A stretch of DNA of 64,000 nt from an uncultured Chloroflexia bacterium. Lineage in GTDB: Bacteria; Chloroflexota; Limnocylindria; Limnocylindrales; CSP1-4. The stretch is taken from assembly GCA_963707215.1 (NCBI GenBank), contig CAVPPB010000003.1, positions 288,001 to 352,000 on the forward strand, read 5' to 3'. The notes under the pieces were generated by a model. It did no database searches. It saw only the letters and a list, made by a program, of their open reading frames with translations, and was not told where the DNA came from. The position numbers were made by a program, and so were the translations under genes. The number at the start of each line of letters is the position of its first letter. The stretch's first letter is position 1. Positions 10,541-19,257 of the stretch are shown one piece after another.

Positions 10541-10849
10541 TCAGCCGCGGAGGACCGTGATCGCGCCGACCCAGATCGTCATCAGGCAACCGATGCCGGC
10601 CATGACCGCCAGGAACAGCTCGCCACCGACGAAGGCGGCCAGGGCGACCACCCCGAAGAGGACCGCCATCAGGGCAGCGATCGCCGCCATGCCCAGGCGC
10701 TCGATGAGCGGCCGCCGCTCGGGCGGCGGAGCGGACGGGGCCGGGTCGCTCACGGGGTCGTCCGCCGGGCGGACTGCGCCAGGATGCCGGTCAAGGGAAG
10801 GGCGGTCGTCGGGTCGGTACTCATCGCCCGACGATATCGAAGTAGGCAT
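10541..10849 (-). CDS. Small hypothetical membrane protein (2 C-terminal TM helices)
   Basis: Pro-rich N-terminus followed by two hydrophobic helices; coupled to the end of pbpA. Confidence 0.65.
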   Translation of the reverse strand: MPTSISSGDEYRPDDRPSLDRHPGAVRPADDPVSDPAPSAPPPERRPLIERLGMAAIAALMAVLFGVVALAAFVGGELFLAVMAGIGCLMTIWVGAITVLRG

Positions 10850-12332
10850 CCATCATGCGACCGGCGACGGGTGCGGCCCGCTCCCCTCCCCGCCCGCCGC
10901 GCTCCACGAGGACGGCGACGGCGATCGTCGGGTCGTCCGCTGGGGCGAAGCCGATGAACCAGGAGTGGGGCTCGCCGCCCCCGCCGAGCTCGGCCGTGCC
11001 CGACTTGCCGGCCGTGAGGACGCCGGGCACCTTCGCCCCGCTCGTGTACTGGCGACCCAGGTCGCCCTCCACCGCCGCCGTCATGGCCTCGACGAGGATC
11101 GCCGCACCGGCCGGGTCGAGGACCTGGCCGAGATTCGTCGGACCCAGCGTCGTCGTCCCGCCACCCGGGTCCACGAGGGCGGAGGCCAGGCGCGGCTCCA
11201 TCAGGACGCCACCGTTGGCGACCGTGGCCGCCACCAGCGCCATCTGGAGGGGCGTGGCCAGCGTCTCGGCCTGGCCGTAGGAGGCGTTCGCCAGCTCCAC
11301 GTCGTCGGCGAACCCGCCCGGCAGCGGTCCGCCCCCGTTGGTGACCTGGCTGGTCGCCGTCGGAAGGTCGAACGACAGGGGCGATCCGAAGCCGAAGGCG
11401 GCGGCCCCGTCGGCCAGCGCGCCGCCGCCGGTGTCGAGGCCGGCCAGGGCGTACCAGATGTTGCAGGAGACCTCGGTCGCCTCGACGAGGTCGACCTCCC
11501 GGCTGCCCGTCGCCGGATGATGCCCGTCGGTGATCCGGAACCCCTCGACGACGAGACCGTCCTTCTCGGCCGGCGGCTGCTCCGGATAGCGAGTGTCCCG
11601 GCCGATCGCGCCGGTCCGGAGGCCGGACGCCGCGGTCACGATCTTGAAGACGCTGCCGGGAACGTACAGGCCCTGGGTGGCCCGCGGGAGGAGCGGCTGG
11701 GCGGGGTCGGCCTGGAGGGCGGTGAAGGCGGACTCGGAGGTGGCCGGGTCGGCGACGGCCGAGGCGTCGTAGACCGGGGTCGAGGCGAGGACCAGGACCT
11801 CGCCGTTGCGGGGATCGAGCATGACCACAGCGCCTCGGTCACCCCCGAGCTCGGCGATCGCGAGACGCTGGAGCTCTAGGCTCAACGAGGTCTGCAGGTC
11901 GCGAGGATCGTACGGGTCGGGGTCGAACTTGGACAGCAGGTCGGTCCGGGCGTCACCGGTCCGAAGGCCGACCAGGTAGGCATCGTAGGTCCGCTCCAGC
12001 CCGGCGGTCCCGTAGCGCCGGGACGCGTAGCCCACGGCCTGGCTCACGGACTCGTCGACGTACACCCGGTACGGGAGATCGTCGGCATCGAAGCGATTCT
12101 CGGCGAGGACGACCCCGTCGCGATCGAGGATGAGGCCGCGGACAGCCTCGCGTCGAAGCACGGCCGTCGCCGGGTTGTCGGGGCGGGTGACGAGCTCCTC
12201 GCTGCGGACCACCTGCCAGTACCCGGCGGCACCCGCCAGGGCGGCGAAGGCGAGGGCCAGGGCAAGGCCGACCCGGACCGTCGTGCGCCCCACCGGCGGG
12301 CGACGGGTCGTGGACCGACCGGATCCGCTCAT
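10821..12332 (-). CDS. pbpA: Class B penicillin-binding protein (PbpA-like transpeptidase)
   Basis: C-terminal half of the 1007-aa ORF. N-terminal TM, RGLILDRDG, SxxK (GSVFK), SCN, KSGTA, HSWFIGFAP. ATG at 12332 overlaps the rodA stop. Confidence 0.9.
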   Translation of the reverse strand: MSGSGRSTTRRPPVGRTTVRVGLALALAFAALAGAAGYWQVVRSEELVTRPDNPATAVLRREAVRGLILDRDGVVLAENRFDADDLPYRVYVDESVSQAVGYASRRYGTAGLERTYDAYLVGLRTGDARTDLLSKFDPDPYDPRDLQTSLSLELQRLAIAELGGDRGAVVMLDPRNGEVLVLASTPVYDASAVADPATSESAFTALQADPAQPLLPRATQGLYVPGSVFKIVTAASGLRTGAIGRDTRYPEQPPAEKDGLVVEGFRITDGHHPATGSREVDLVEATEVSCNIWYALAGLDTGGGALADGAAAFGFGSPLSFDLPTATSQVTNGGGPLPGGFADDVELANASYGQAETLATPLQMALVAATVANGGVLMEPRLASALVDPGGGTTTLGPTNLGQVLDPAGAAILVEAMTAAVEGDLGRQYTSGAKVPGVLTAGKSGTAELGGGGEPHSWFIGFAPADDPTIAVAVLVERGGRGGERAAPVAGRMMDAYFDIVGR

Positions 12333-13780
12333 GGCGCCTTCCCGACCGTCGAGGCCCGGCGTGCCGCGGCGCCACGCAGCCGACGTGGTCGTTTGGGGAT
12401 GGGCGGCGGGTCGACGCCGGGGTCGCTGATGGCGAGGAGCAGGCCGACGATCAGGGCGTTCGCCAGGAGCGAGGAGCCGCCGTAGCTGATGAACGGCACG
12501 GTGATGCCCGTCAGCGGGATCAGCTTCAGGTTGCCGGCCGCGATGATGAACGCCTGCACCCCGATCACGAGGGCCAGGCCGGCCGCCAGGATGGCCCGGA
12601 ACTCGTCGGCGGCCGAGGCCGCGATGCGCAGGCCCCGCTCGATGATGACGAGGTAGACGCCGAGGATCGCCAGCAGCCCGACGAGCCCCAGCTCCTCGCC
12701 GAGGGCCGCCAGCGGGAAGTCGGTATGGATGGCCGGGATGGGCGGTCGCCCACCGATCTCGGGCAGCCCGGCGCCGAGGCCGGTCCCGATGAGGCCGCCG
12801 CGGGCGAAGGCGATGAGGGCCTGGACGACCTGGTAGCCCGTGCCCAGCGGATCCGCCCAGGGGTCGAGCCAGATGTCGACCCGGACCCGGACGTGGGCGA
12901 ACAGGGTGTACGAGATGAAGGCGCCCAGGGCGAACAGGGCGAGGCCCACGATGACGTAGCTCCAGCGTGCGGTGGCCACGTAGAGGAGGGTCAGGAAGAC
13001 GGCGAAGAAGAGCATCGCCGCGCCGAGGTCCCGCTGGACGACGACGATCGACAGGGCGATCGCCCACATGGCGACCATCGGGGCGAGGTACGGCAGGGGC
13101 GGCAGGCGGATGGGCCCGATCCGCAGGTCCGACTCGGCGAGGAGCGGCCGGTTCTCGGACAGGTAGCCGGCCAGGAAGACGACGAGCAGCACCTTGAGGA
13201 GCTCGGTCGGCTGGCCGGAGATCGGGCCGATCGTCAGGGTCAGGCGGGCCCCGTTCACCTCCTCGCCGAAGATGAAGGTCAGGAGCAGCAGGGCGATCCC
13301 GAGGGCGGCCCAGCTGTAGCGGTAGAGCCGCAGCCAGGCATCGGATCGGACGACGACCGCCAGGGTCCCGAGCACGCCGACCGCGATCAGCCACCACAGG
13401 AGCTGGGTCTGGCTGAGCCCCCCGTAGATCCCCGCCAGGTCCTGCGGCAGGCGTTCCATGAGCAGCAGGCCGATGCCGCCGAGCAGGGCGACCGCCGGGA
13501 GGAGGACCTGGTCGACCCGCCGGGCCGTCAGGACCATCGCCAGGTGGACCACGAGGAAGGCCCCCAGGAAGACCGCCATCTGGGCCGCATCGGCCAGGCG
13601 GACCTCGGGCGGGACCCCGTCGGGACCCCGGGAGCCGAGCCACGCCTCGGTCGAGCCGAGCGACAGGCTGCCGACGAGGAGCGCGGCCGCGACGAGGACG
13701 AGGAGGCCGAGCTCGCGCCAGCGCGGCCTTGGGCGGACGGCGCCGAGCCCGACCGGACGGGCGACGGCGGAGACGCTCAC
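12329..13780 (-). CDS. rodA: FtsW/RodA/SpoVE family SEDS protein
   Basis: NGARL, QPTELLK, QRDLG, GYQVVQ, HTDF, EELG, LIPLTGITVPFISYGGSS. Confidence 0.93.
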   Translation of the reverse strand: MSVSAVARPVGLGAVRPRPRWRELGLLVLVAAALLVGSLSLGSTEAWLGSRGPDGVPPEVRLADAAQMAVFLGAFLVVHLAMVLTARRVDQVLLPAVALLGGIGLLLMERLPQDLAGIYGGLSQTQLLWWLIAVGVLGTLAVVVRSDAWLRLYRYSWAALGIALLLLTFIFGEEVNGARLTLTIGPISGQPTELLKVLLVVFLAGYLSENRPLLAESDLRIGPIRLPPLPYLAPMVAMWAIALSIVVVQRDLGAAMLFFAVFLTLLYVATARWSYVIVGLALFALGAFISYTLFAHVRVRVDIWLDPWADPLGTGYQVVQALIAFARGGLIGTGLGAGLPEIGGRPPIPAIHTDFPLAALGEELGLVGLLAILGVYLVIIERGLRIAASAADEFRAILAAGLALVIGVQAFIIAAGNLKLIPLTGITVPFISYGGSSLLANALIVGLLLAISDPGVDPPPIPKRPRRLRGAAARRASTVGKAP

Positions 13781-14229
13781 CCGCGTGACTCGGGGCGCCG
13801 CCCGCGATCGAGCCGGAACTGGGTCTCGCCGACGACGACCGCATCGCCGAAGCCGAGCAGGGTCGGTTCCACGACCCGGAGACCGTTGACGTACGTCCCG
13901 TTGGTGCTGCCGAGATCCTCGACGTACCAGGCGCGCCCGCGGTATGTCAGCGCGGCGTGGACGCCCGAGACGAAGGCATCGTCGACCACGATGGAGTTGT
14001 TGACGTCGCGGCCGATCGTCGTCACCGCATCGAGGACGAAGACGGTGCCGGGCGCGGGGTCCCCCGACGGGCAGCGGACGACCACCAGGCGCCCGAGCTC
14101 GGCGGACGACTGGCGGGCGGCGGATCGCAGGTCGCGCAGGAGGACCCGCACGACGGCGAAGAGGACCAGGTACAGGAGACCGAGGAAGGCCAGCCTGAGG
14201 ATCCAGAGGGCGAGGAAGAACGGGTCCAT
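13777..14229 (-). CDS. fhaB: Membrane-anchored FHA domain protein (FhaB/FipA-like)
   Basis: N-terminal TM (LRLAFLGLLYLVLF), then FHA motifs TIGR, VSGVHA, DLGSTNGT. Confidence 0.88.
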   Translation of the reverse strand: MDPFFLALWILRLAFLGLLYLVLFAVVRVLLRDLRSAARQSSAELGRLVVVRCPSGDPAPGTVFVLDAVTTIGRDVNNSIVVDDAFVSGVHAALTYRGRAWYVEDLGSTNGTYVNGLRVVEPTLLGFGDAVVVGETQFRLDRGRRPESRG

Positions 14230-15083
14230 CAGGTTCCCGGGGACTCGATGACCAGGCGGGTCTCCCCGACCCGGATCTCGTCTCCGAAGCCGACGGCGAT
14301 CTCCCCCACTCGCTCGCCGTTCACCGAGGTGCCGTTGCGGCTGTCGAGGTCCTCGAGCACCAGGAGGCCCTGGCGGGCGACCAGGCGAGCGTGGTAGCGC
14401 GATGCCGCAGGATCGCCCAGCACGAGCTCGTTGTCGGGGGCTCGGCCGATCGTAAGCCCGCCACCTCCGACGACGATCTGCCGGTCGGCGCCGGTCGGCT
14501 CGAGCACGCGGACGCGTGCCAGCAGCCCCGACGGCTCGGGGGGCCTGTATGCCCCGACCTGACCGTCGCTCGGCGACCCGGCGCCAGCGTCGATCCGCGT
14601 CGCCCCGGCCGCCCCGTTGGAACCGCCCCCGGAACCCGCGGGGTCCTCACGTCGCGCCGGCTCGATCCCGGCCGATCGCAGCAGCCGGGCTTCGGCGCCG
14701 GTCGCGCCGGGCTCGTGGCGGCCGAAGCGAGCCTCCACCCTGGGATCACCACGGTCCACCTGGTCGTCGGCGATCAGGTCGACCCGAGGGCGCTCGCGCA
14801 GCGTGTAGCCGTGGGCGCGGGCGAAGCGCAGGGCGGCATCGGCAAGCTCCTCGGCCATGTCACGGGCGTACCCACCGAAGGCATCCAGGTCTGCCGGTGA
14901 CAGGTGGACAACGAAGCGGTCGGGCACGAGAGTCCGATCCGCAGCGCTCACCCGCCCGTGCTCCATGGAGCGCTCGATCCGCCGCTGCAGCTGGATCGGC
15001 TGGAGGGGAGCGCGGAAGAGCCTCGCGGAAGGTCGCTCGAAGAGGCGTTCCAGGAACCGCTCCAGGGCGGCGAACGGTCGCAT
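14229..15083 (-). CDS. fhaA: DUF3662 + FHA domain protein (FhaA-like)
   Basis: N-terminal ERFLERLFE...QPIQL...VPDRFVVHLSPAD (DUF3662); C-terminal FHA TIGR, SRYHA, DLDSRNGT; start at ATG 15083. Confidence 0.88.
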   Translation of the reverse strand: MRPFAALERFLERLFERPSARLFRAPLQPIQLQRRIERSMEHGRVSAADRTLVPDRFVVHLSPADLDAFGGYARDMAEELADAALRFARAHGYTLRERPRVDLIADDQVDRGDPRVEARFGRHEPGATGAEARLLRSAGIEPARREDPAGSGGGSNGAAGATRIDAGAGSPSDGQVGAYRPPEPSGLLARVRVLEPTGADRQIVVGGGGLTIGRAPDNELVLGDPAASRYHARLVARQGLLVLEDLDSRNGTSVNGERVGEIAVGFGDEIRVGETRLVIESPGT

Positions 15084-15380
15084 CGGTGAGGCGAGCCTAG
15101 CAGAGGTCCCCGGCAGCCCGGGTCCGGCGGGCCGGCGACGACCACCGACGCCGAGCGGCTGGGGCGAGACGGCTGGGCCGCAGGGAGTGCTCCGGGGTCG
15201 GCGCCGGGCGGGCCGGCTGGTCATCGGTCGCATGGACGGCGGGGCATCCCGGAAGGTGACGATGACCTTCGGGTGGGCATCCGCGGTACCTGCGATCCGA
15301 GGCCACTCGGGGGCCCTGGGCTATACTCTCGACCCGCTCGGGGGCACGCTCTCGGGCGAACCAGGCGAACCAGGGATCCC

Positions 15381-16757
15381 ATGACCGAGCTCCTGACCGA
15401 ATCGTTCTGCGAGCGCTGCGGCACCCGCTACACCTTCCAGACGGCGGCGCCGAAGGGCGGTCGCGTGCGCTCCCTCAAGGTCCTCTCGAAGGGCCTGCGC
15501 AACTTCGTGGCGAGCGACGACATCTCGCTCTCGGACGCCTTCGCCGACGCTCGCTCGGACCAGGAGCGGGAGGCGTCGTCGCACCAGCTCGAGGCCTTCC
15601 ACCAGACCTTCAACTTCTGCCTGGATTGCCGGCAGTACACCTGCGGGAACTGCTGGAACGACGGCGACAATCGCTGCCTGACCTGCGCACCCGACCTGTC
15701 GCGCGACATCCTCCCCGCTGCCTTCCCGGCTCCGGTCGGCCAAGAGGCCGAGCCCGTCAGCGCGCCATCTGCAGCGCTCGAGGCAACCAGCTGGCCGAGC
15801 GCCGATCTCGAGCGTGAAGCACCCGCCGAAGGCGGACCAGCCGCGATCCTCGCCGCTGCGGCAGCCTCCCGAGCGCTCGAGGCAGGGACGGAGCCAGTGG
15901 TCGCCCCGGCCGCCGAGCCCGATGTGGTCGAGGCGGGGACGGAGCCCCAGGTGGCCGCCGCAGCCCAGGTGGAGGAGCCGGAGGCCGCCGCCGCGGGCGC
16001 TGCTGACGAGCCCGCCATGGCCGAGCCGGAGGCAGTGGCTGCCGAGCCGGAGGCAGTGGCCGCTGAGCCCGTTCCGGCGCCGACGATCGCTGCCGACGAG
16101 CCCGCTCGACAGCCCGAGACTGCCGCGCCGTCCACGCCCGCCGGGGCCGACGATCCGGAGGAGCGGGCCGCTGCGGCTGCCATCGGGACGACCGCCTTCC
16201 TTCGTCGCTTCCGACCGGGCGAGAGCCTCGACGCGGCGCTCGCCGAGTTCGAGGCCGGCGAGGCGGCGGGAGCACCCGAGCCGACGCCGGCGCAGGCCGC
16301 CCCGCCGGTCGCTCCCCCGGAGCCCGTCACGCCGCCCGCGGCCGCGGCAGCCGCGACACCACCGGCCGGGGCGCCCCAGGAGCCGACCGCCGCGCCCCGG
16401 GACGTGGTCGGCACACCGACCTGGCGGATCACGGCGCCGGACGGCGATGTCCCTGCCGCGGCCGCAGCAGGTGCCGCCTCCCCGGCGCCGGGCCAGGGGC
16501 CCGCTTCGCCGCCGGGAACCAGTCCGGCTTGGCCACCGCTCCCGCCTGGCACCGAGCCGTCATGGCCGGTGGCCCCGCAGTGGCCGCCGCGACCGGCCAC
16601 GCAGGCCGCCCTGGACCAGGACGCCATGTGGGCTGCGTCCAACCGCGAGGTCGCCAGCTCGCCGGCGCCCTCCGCCGTCCGCCCGTGCGTGAGCTGCGGT
16701 CTGTCGCTCTCCTCGACGGCCCGCTTCTGCCGCCGCTGCGGGTCGCCGCAGGGCTGA
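15381..16757 (+). CDS. Hypothetical protein with N- and C-terminal zinc-ribbon domains and an Ala/Pro/Glu-rich linker
   Basis: FCERCG, FCLDCRQYTCGNCW, CLTC at the N-terminus; CVSCG...RFCRRCG at the C-terminus; TATACT -10 upstream. Confidence 0.8.
   Translation: MTELLTESFCERCGTRYTFQTAAPKGGRVRSLKVLSKGLRNFVASDDISLSDAFADARSDQEREASSHQLEAFHQTFNFCLDCRQYTCGNCWNDGDNRCLTCAPDLSRDILPAAFPAPVGQEAEPVSAPSAALEATSWPSADLEREAPAEGGPAAILAAAAASRALEAGTEPVVAPAAEPDVVEAGTEPQVAAAAQVEEPEAAAAGAADEPAMAEPEAVAAEPEAVAAEPVPAPTIAADEPARQPETAAPSTPAGADDPEERAAAAAIGTTAFLRRFRPGESLDAALAEFEAGEAAGAPEPTPAQAAPPVAPPEPVTPPAAAAAATPPAGAPQEPTAAPRDVVGTPTWRITAPDGDVPAAAAAGAASPAPGQGPASPPGTSPAWPPLPPGTEPSWPVAPQWPPRPATQAALDQDAMWAASNREVASSPAPSAVRPCVSCGLSLSSTARFCRRCGSPQG
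16020..16070 (+). repeat. In-frame 21-bp tandem repeat (AEPEAVA x2 plus a partial copy)
   Basis: gccgagccggaggcagtggct / gccgagccggaggcagtggcc / gctgagccc. Confidence 0.8.
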
Positions 16758-16806
16758 CCCGGGGCTCGGGCCGCCGATCACTCGGTCGGCTCGGAGACTG
16801 TTCAGC

Positions 16807-17784
16807 CTAGGGGGCGCCGGCCTCGGTCCCGGGCGGCTCGTCGGCTCGCTGCGTCACCGGCGCCGCGGGGACGTCCGGGCGACGCAGGTCACCGGCCGGC
16901 CAGGGGATCTCCGAGCGCGGCGGCCAACCGAACGCGCGCATCCCCGTCCAGACCATGCCGAGCACGACGACCTGGGTCGTCAGCTGGAGCCAGACGAGCA
17001 GGATGAAGATCGCCGAGATCGCCCCGTAGAGCGACGCGGTGCCGGCCACGAGCGGGCCGAGGAAGGCGAAGACCTGGGTCAGGATCGCGATGGCCAGGCC
17101 GGCCAGCACCGCGGGGAGCCACACGTCGGCGACGGTCGGGCGACGCTGCGGGATGGTCCGGTAGGCGATCCCCAGGGCCAGCGCGGCGATGATCGTCGTC
17201 AGGATGGGTGCGAGCGCCCGGATCGACCCAAGATCCACGAACGGCTGGACCCAGTCGGCCACCACCGTCCAGGCGACGATGGCGCCGAACGAGACGATCC
17301 CGATCGCCAGCGCCGCCGCCATCACGCCGACCACCCCGATGACCGCTCGTCGGAAGGGATCGCGCCGCTGTTCCTCGCCGAGCACCACCGCGAAGACGAC
17401 CTCGAGGGTCTGGAAGAAGCCGCTCGCGCCCCACAGCAGCCCGATGAGGCCGATGATGCCGAATGCGGCGGCCCCGTCGGCCAGGACGTCGACCGTGTCG
17501 GTGATCAGGCTCTGGAGCGGCGGGACCAGGTCCTGGATGAGCTCCAGGATCCGCTCCTGGAGGCGCGGATCGCGGACCACGAAGCCGATGCCAGCGACCA
17601 CGAGGAGCAGCCCGGGCAGGAGCGCGAAGAGCGCCCGGGTCGCCAGCCCGGCGGACAGGACGGGCCCGCCGACCCTGCCGAAGCGATCGAACACGATGGC
17701 GACCTGCCGGACGATCGCGATCCGGAAGACCCGGTCGACAAGGGGAACGGCGTGCCGAAGGAGCCGATCGATGAGCCCGGCCAC
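16807..17784 (-). CDS. YihY/virulence factor BrkB family membrane protein
   Basis: ALFALLPGLL, LLWGASGFF, LYGAISAIFILLVWLQL pattern with 6+ TM helices. Confidence 0.85.
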   Translation of the reverse strand: MAGLIDRLLRHAVPLVDRVFRIAIVRQVAIVFDRFGRVGGPVLSAGLATRALFALLPGLLLVVAGIGFVVRDPRLQERILELIQDLVPPLQSLITDTVDVLADGAAAFGIIGLIGLLWGASGFFQTLEVVFAVVLGEEQRRDPFRRAVIGVVGVMAAALAIGIVSFGAIVAWTVVADWVQPFVDLGSIRALAPILTTIIAALALGIAYRTIPQRRPTVADVWLPAVLAGLAIAILTQVFAFLGPLVAGTASLYGAISAIFILLVWLQLTTQVVVLGMVWTGMRAFGWPPRSEIPWPAGDLRRPDVPAAPVTQRADEPPGTEAGAP

Positions 17785-17794
17785 GGCGAACGCG

Positions 17795-18028
17795 TCAGAG
17801 CTCTTCGAATAGGCCGGGCTGGACGTCCTCGGCGCGGACCCGGCGGCGGGGAACGACGAGCGCGCGGATCTCGCCCCGGCGCACGAAGCGCCGGCCGCCC
17901 AGCTTGATGCTCGAGAGCTTGCCCGACCGCGCCCAGGCCCCGATCGTGCTCGGCCGGAAGTGGACGTTGGCGGCCGCCAGCATCTCGGATGCCTCGGCCA
18001 GGGTGATCCAGTCGGCTGCGGACGGCAT
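17795..18028 (-). CDS. Small helix-turn-helix DNA-binding protein (HTH_17/excisionase-like fold)
   Basis: MPSAADWITLAEASEML...STIGAWARSGKLSSIKLGGRRFVRRGEI; it is the last 77 aa of the chimeric 1062-aa ORF. Confidence 0.8.
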   Translation of the reverse strand: MPSAADWITLAEASEMLAAANVHFRPSTIGAWARSGKLSSIKLGGRRFVRRGEIRALVVPRRRVRAEDVQPGLFEEL

Positions 18029-18033
18029 CGCGG

Positions 18034-18375
18034 TCAATCGGCCGCCGCGCCGGCCGGTGACGGCCCGGTCGAGGCGCTGGAGGAGCCGTCGGACGTAGAT
18101 CCGGCGCTCGGGGTGGTCTCGGCCTTGGAGCCACTGTCGGGGGCCTTGCTCGACGAGCCCTTCGAGGTGCCGGACCGACCCGGGCTGGCGGTGGCTGACC
18201 TGTCCTTCTTGGCCCAGCCGGAACCCTTGAAGTGGATCACCGGCGGAACGAACGCCTTCTTCATCATGCCCTCCGTGCCGCACTGGGGGCAGGCGAGCGG
18301 GCCGTGGCCGTGGATCCCGTGGACGACCTCGGTCCGCTGGCCGCAGGCCGAGCACACGTAGTCGTAGATCGGCAT
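18034..18375 (-). CDS. FmdB family zinc-ribbon protein (CxxC_CxxC_SSSS)
   Basis: MPIYDYVCSACG...CPQCG...FKGSGW...D followed by a Ser-rich tail. Confidence 0.9.
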   Translation of the reverse strand: MPIYDYVCSACGQRTEVVHGIHGHGPLACPQCGTEGMMKKAFVPPVIHFKGSGWAKKDRSATASPGRSGTSKGSSSKAPDSGSKAETTPSAGSTSDGSSSASTGPSPAGAAAD

Positions 18376-18387
18376 CGCGGATCGACC

Positions 18388-19174
18388 TCAGCCGCGCAGC
18401 AGGCGCATGCCGCACTTGGGGCAGTAGAACGCCCGCTCGTGGGCCGACGCGAAGCCGCAGTGGGCACAGACCAGGCCACCGCGACCGGCGGCCGGCACCG
18501 GCCGCTCGACGGCCGTGATCCCGAGGGCCGAGCCGCTGGCCAGCACGTTCGTGAGCAGCCCTCCGAGGAGCCGCTGGCCGATCCGGTCGGTGTCGCCACG
18601 CGTCCCTCGGCCACCCCAGCCGACGACGGCCCGGACGACCATGTCGCCGGTGGCCTCGTCCCAGTGGCTGGCGACGCCGCCGACGACGGCGCTGTACTCG
18701 GGATAGCCGGACGTGTCGAGCTCGCCGTCGAGCAGGGCCAGGACCACCGTATCGAAAGCGAGGTCGATGGCGTCGATCGGTCTCGAGGACGAAGAGCCCG
18801 TGGCGGGTGATCGGCGAGTGCCCGTGGTGGGCGTTGAGCCACTGCATCGCCTCGGACGGCCGGACGATGGTCGGCATCGCCTGGCTGAACTCGATGGGGA
18901 GCGGCGGCACGAGCTCGATCTCGGACCTGGCCAGGCCGGACAGCATCGACGGCAGCTCGGCCGAGACGTTCGAACCGGCCCGCATCCGGACGCCGTCACT
19001 GGTCTTGCCGGCGTAGTAGAGACGGAGCTGGTGCTCCTGCGCGACGACCTCCTCGGGCAGGGCCACCGATGCCACGCCCGGCCTCGGCTGCGGCGCGCCC
19101 GGGGCCGCCGGGGCCGCCTCGCTGGTCGACCCGGCCTCCGGCGTGCTGCGGCGCTTCAGGAACTCGAGCGGCAC
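18388..19174 (-). CDS. Hypothetical protein with C-terminal double zinc ribbon; one frameshift at ~18780
   Basis: VPLEFLKRR...HGLFVLET in one frame continues as IDAIDLAFDT...CAHCG...FYCPKCG in another; a single extra base restores the frame. Confidence 0.7.
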
Positions 19175-19257
19175 GGACAGGACCCCCGTCGTGATGGGAT
19201 GACCGTCGTATCGTACCAGCGAGCCACGGGCCGCTCCGCTGCGCTCGCGCCCCTGGT

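Noticed and set aside
10821-13844. 1007-aa ORF suggesting a giant PBP
   Set aside because: The N-terminal half is an off-frame reading of rodA. The real PBP starts at 12332.
17795-18028. Excisionase-like HTH as a marker of a mobile element
   Set aside because: No recombinase, att sites or terminal repeats. It sits in an apparent operon with fmdB-like and yihY genes.
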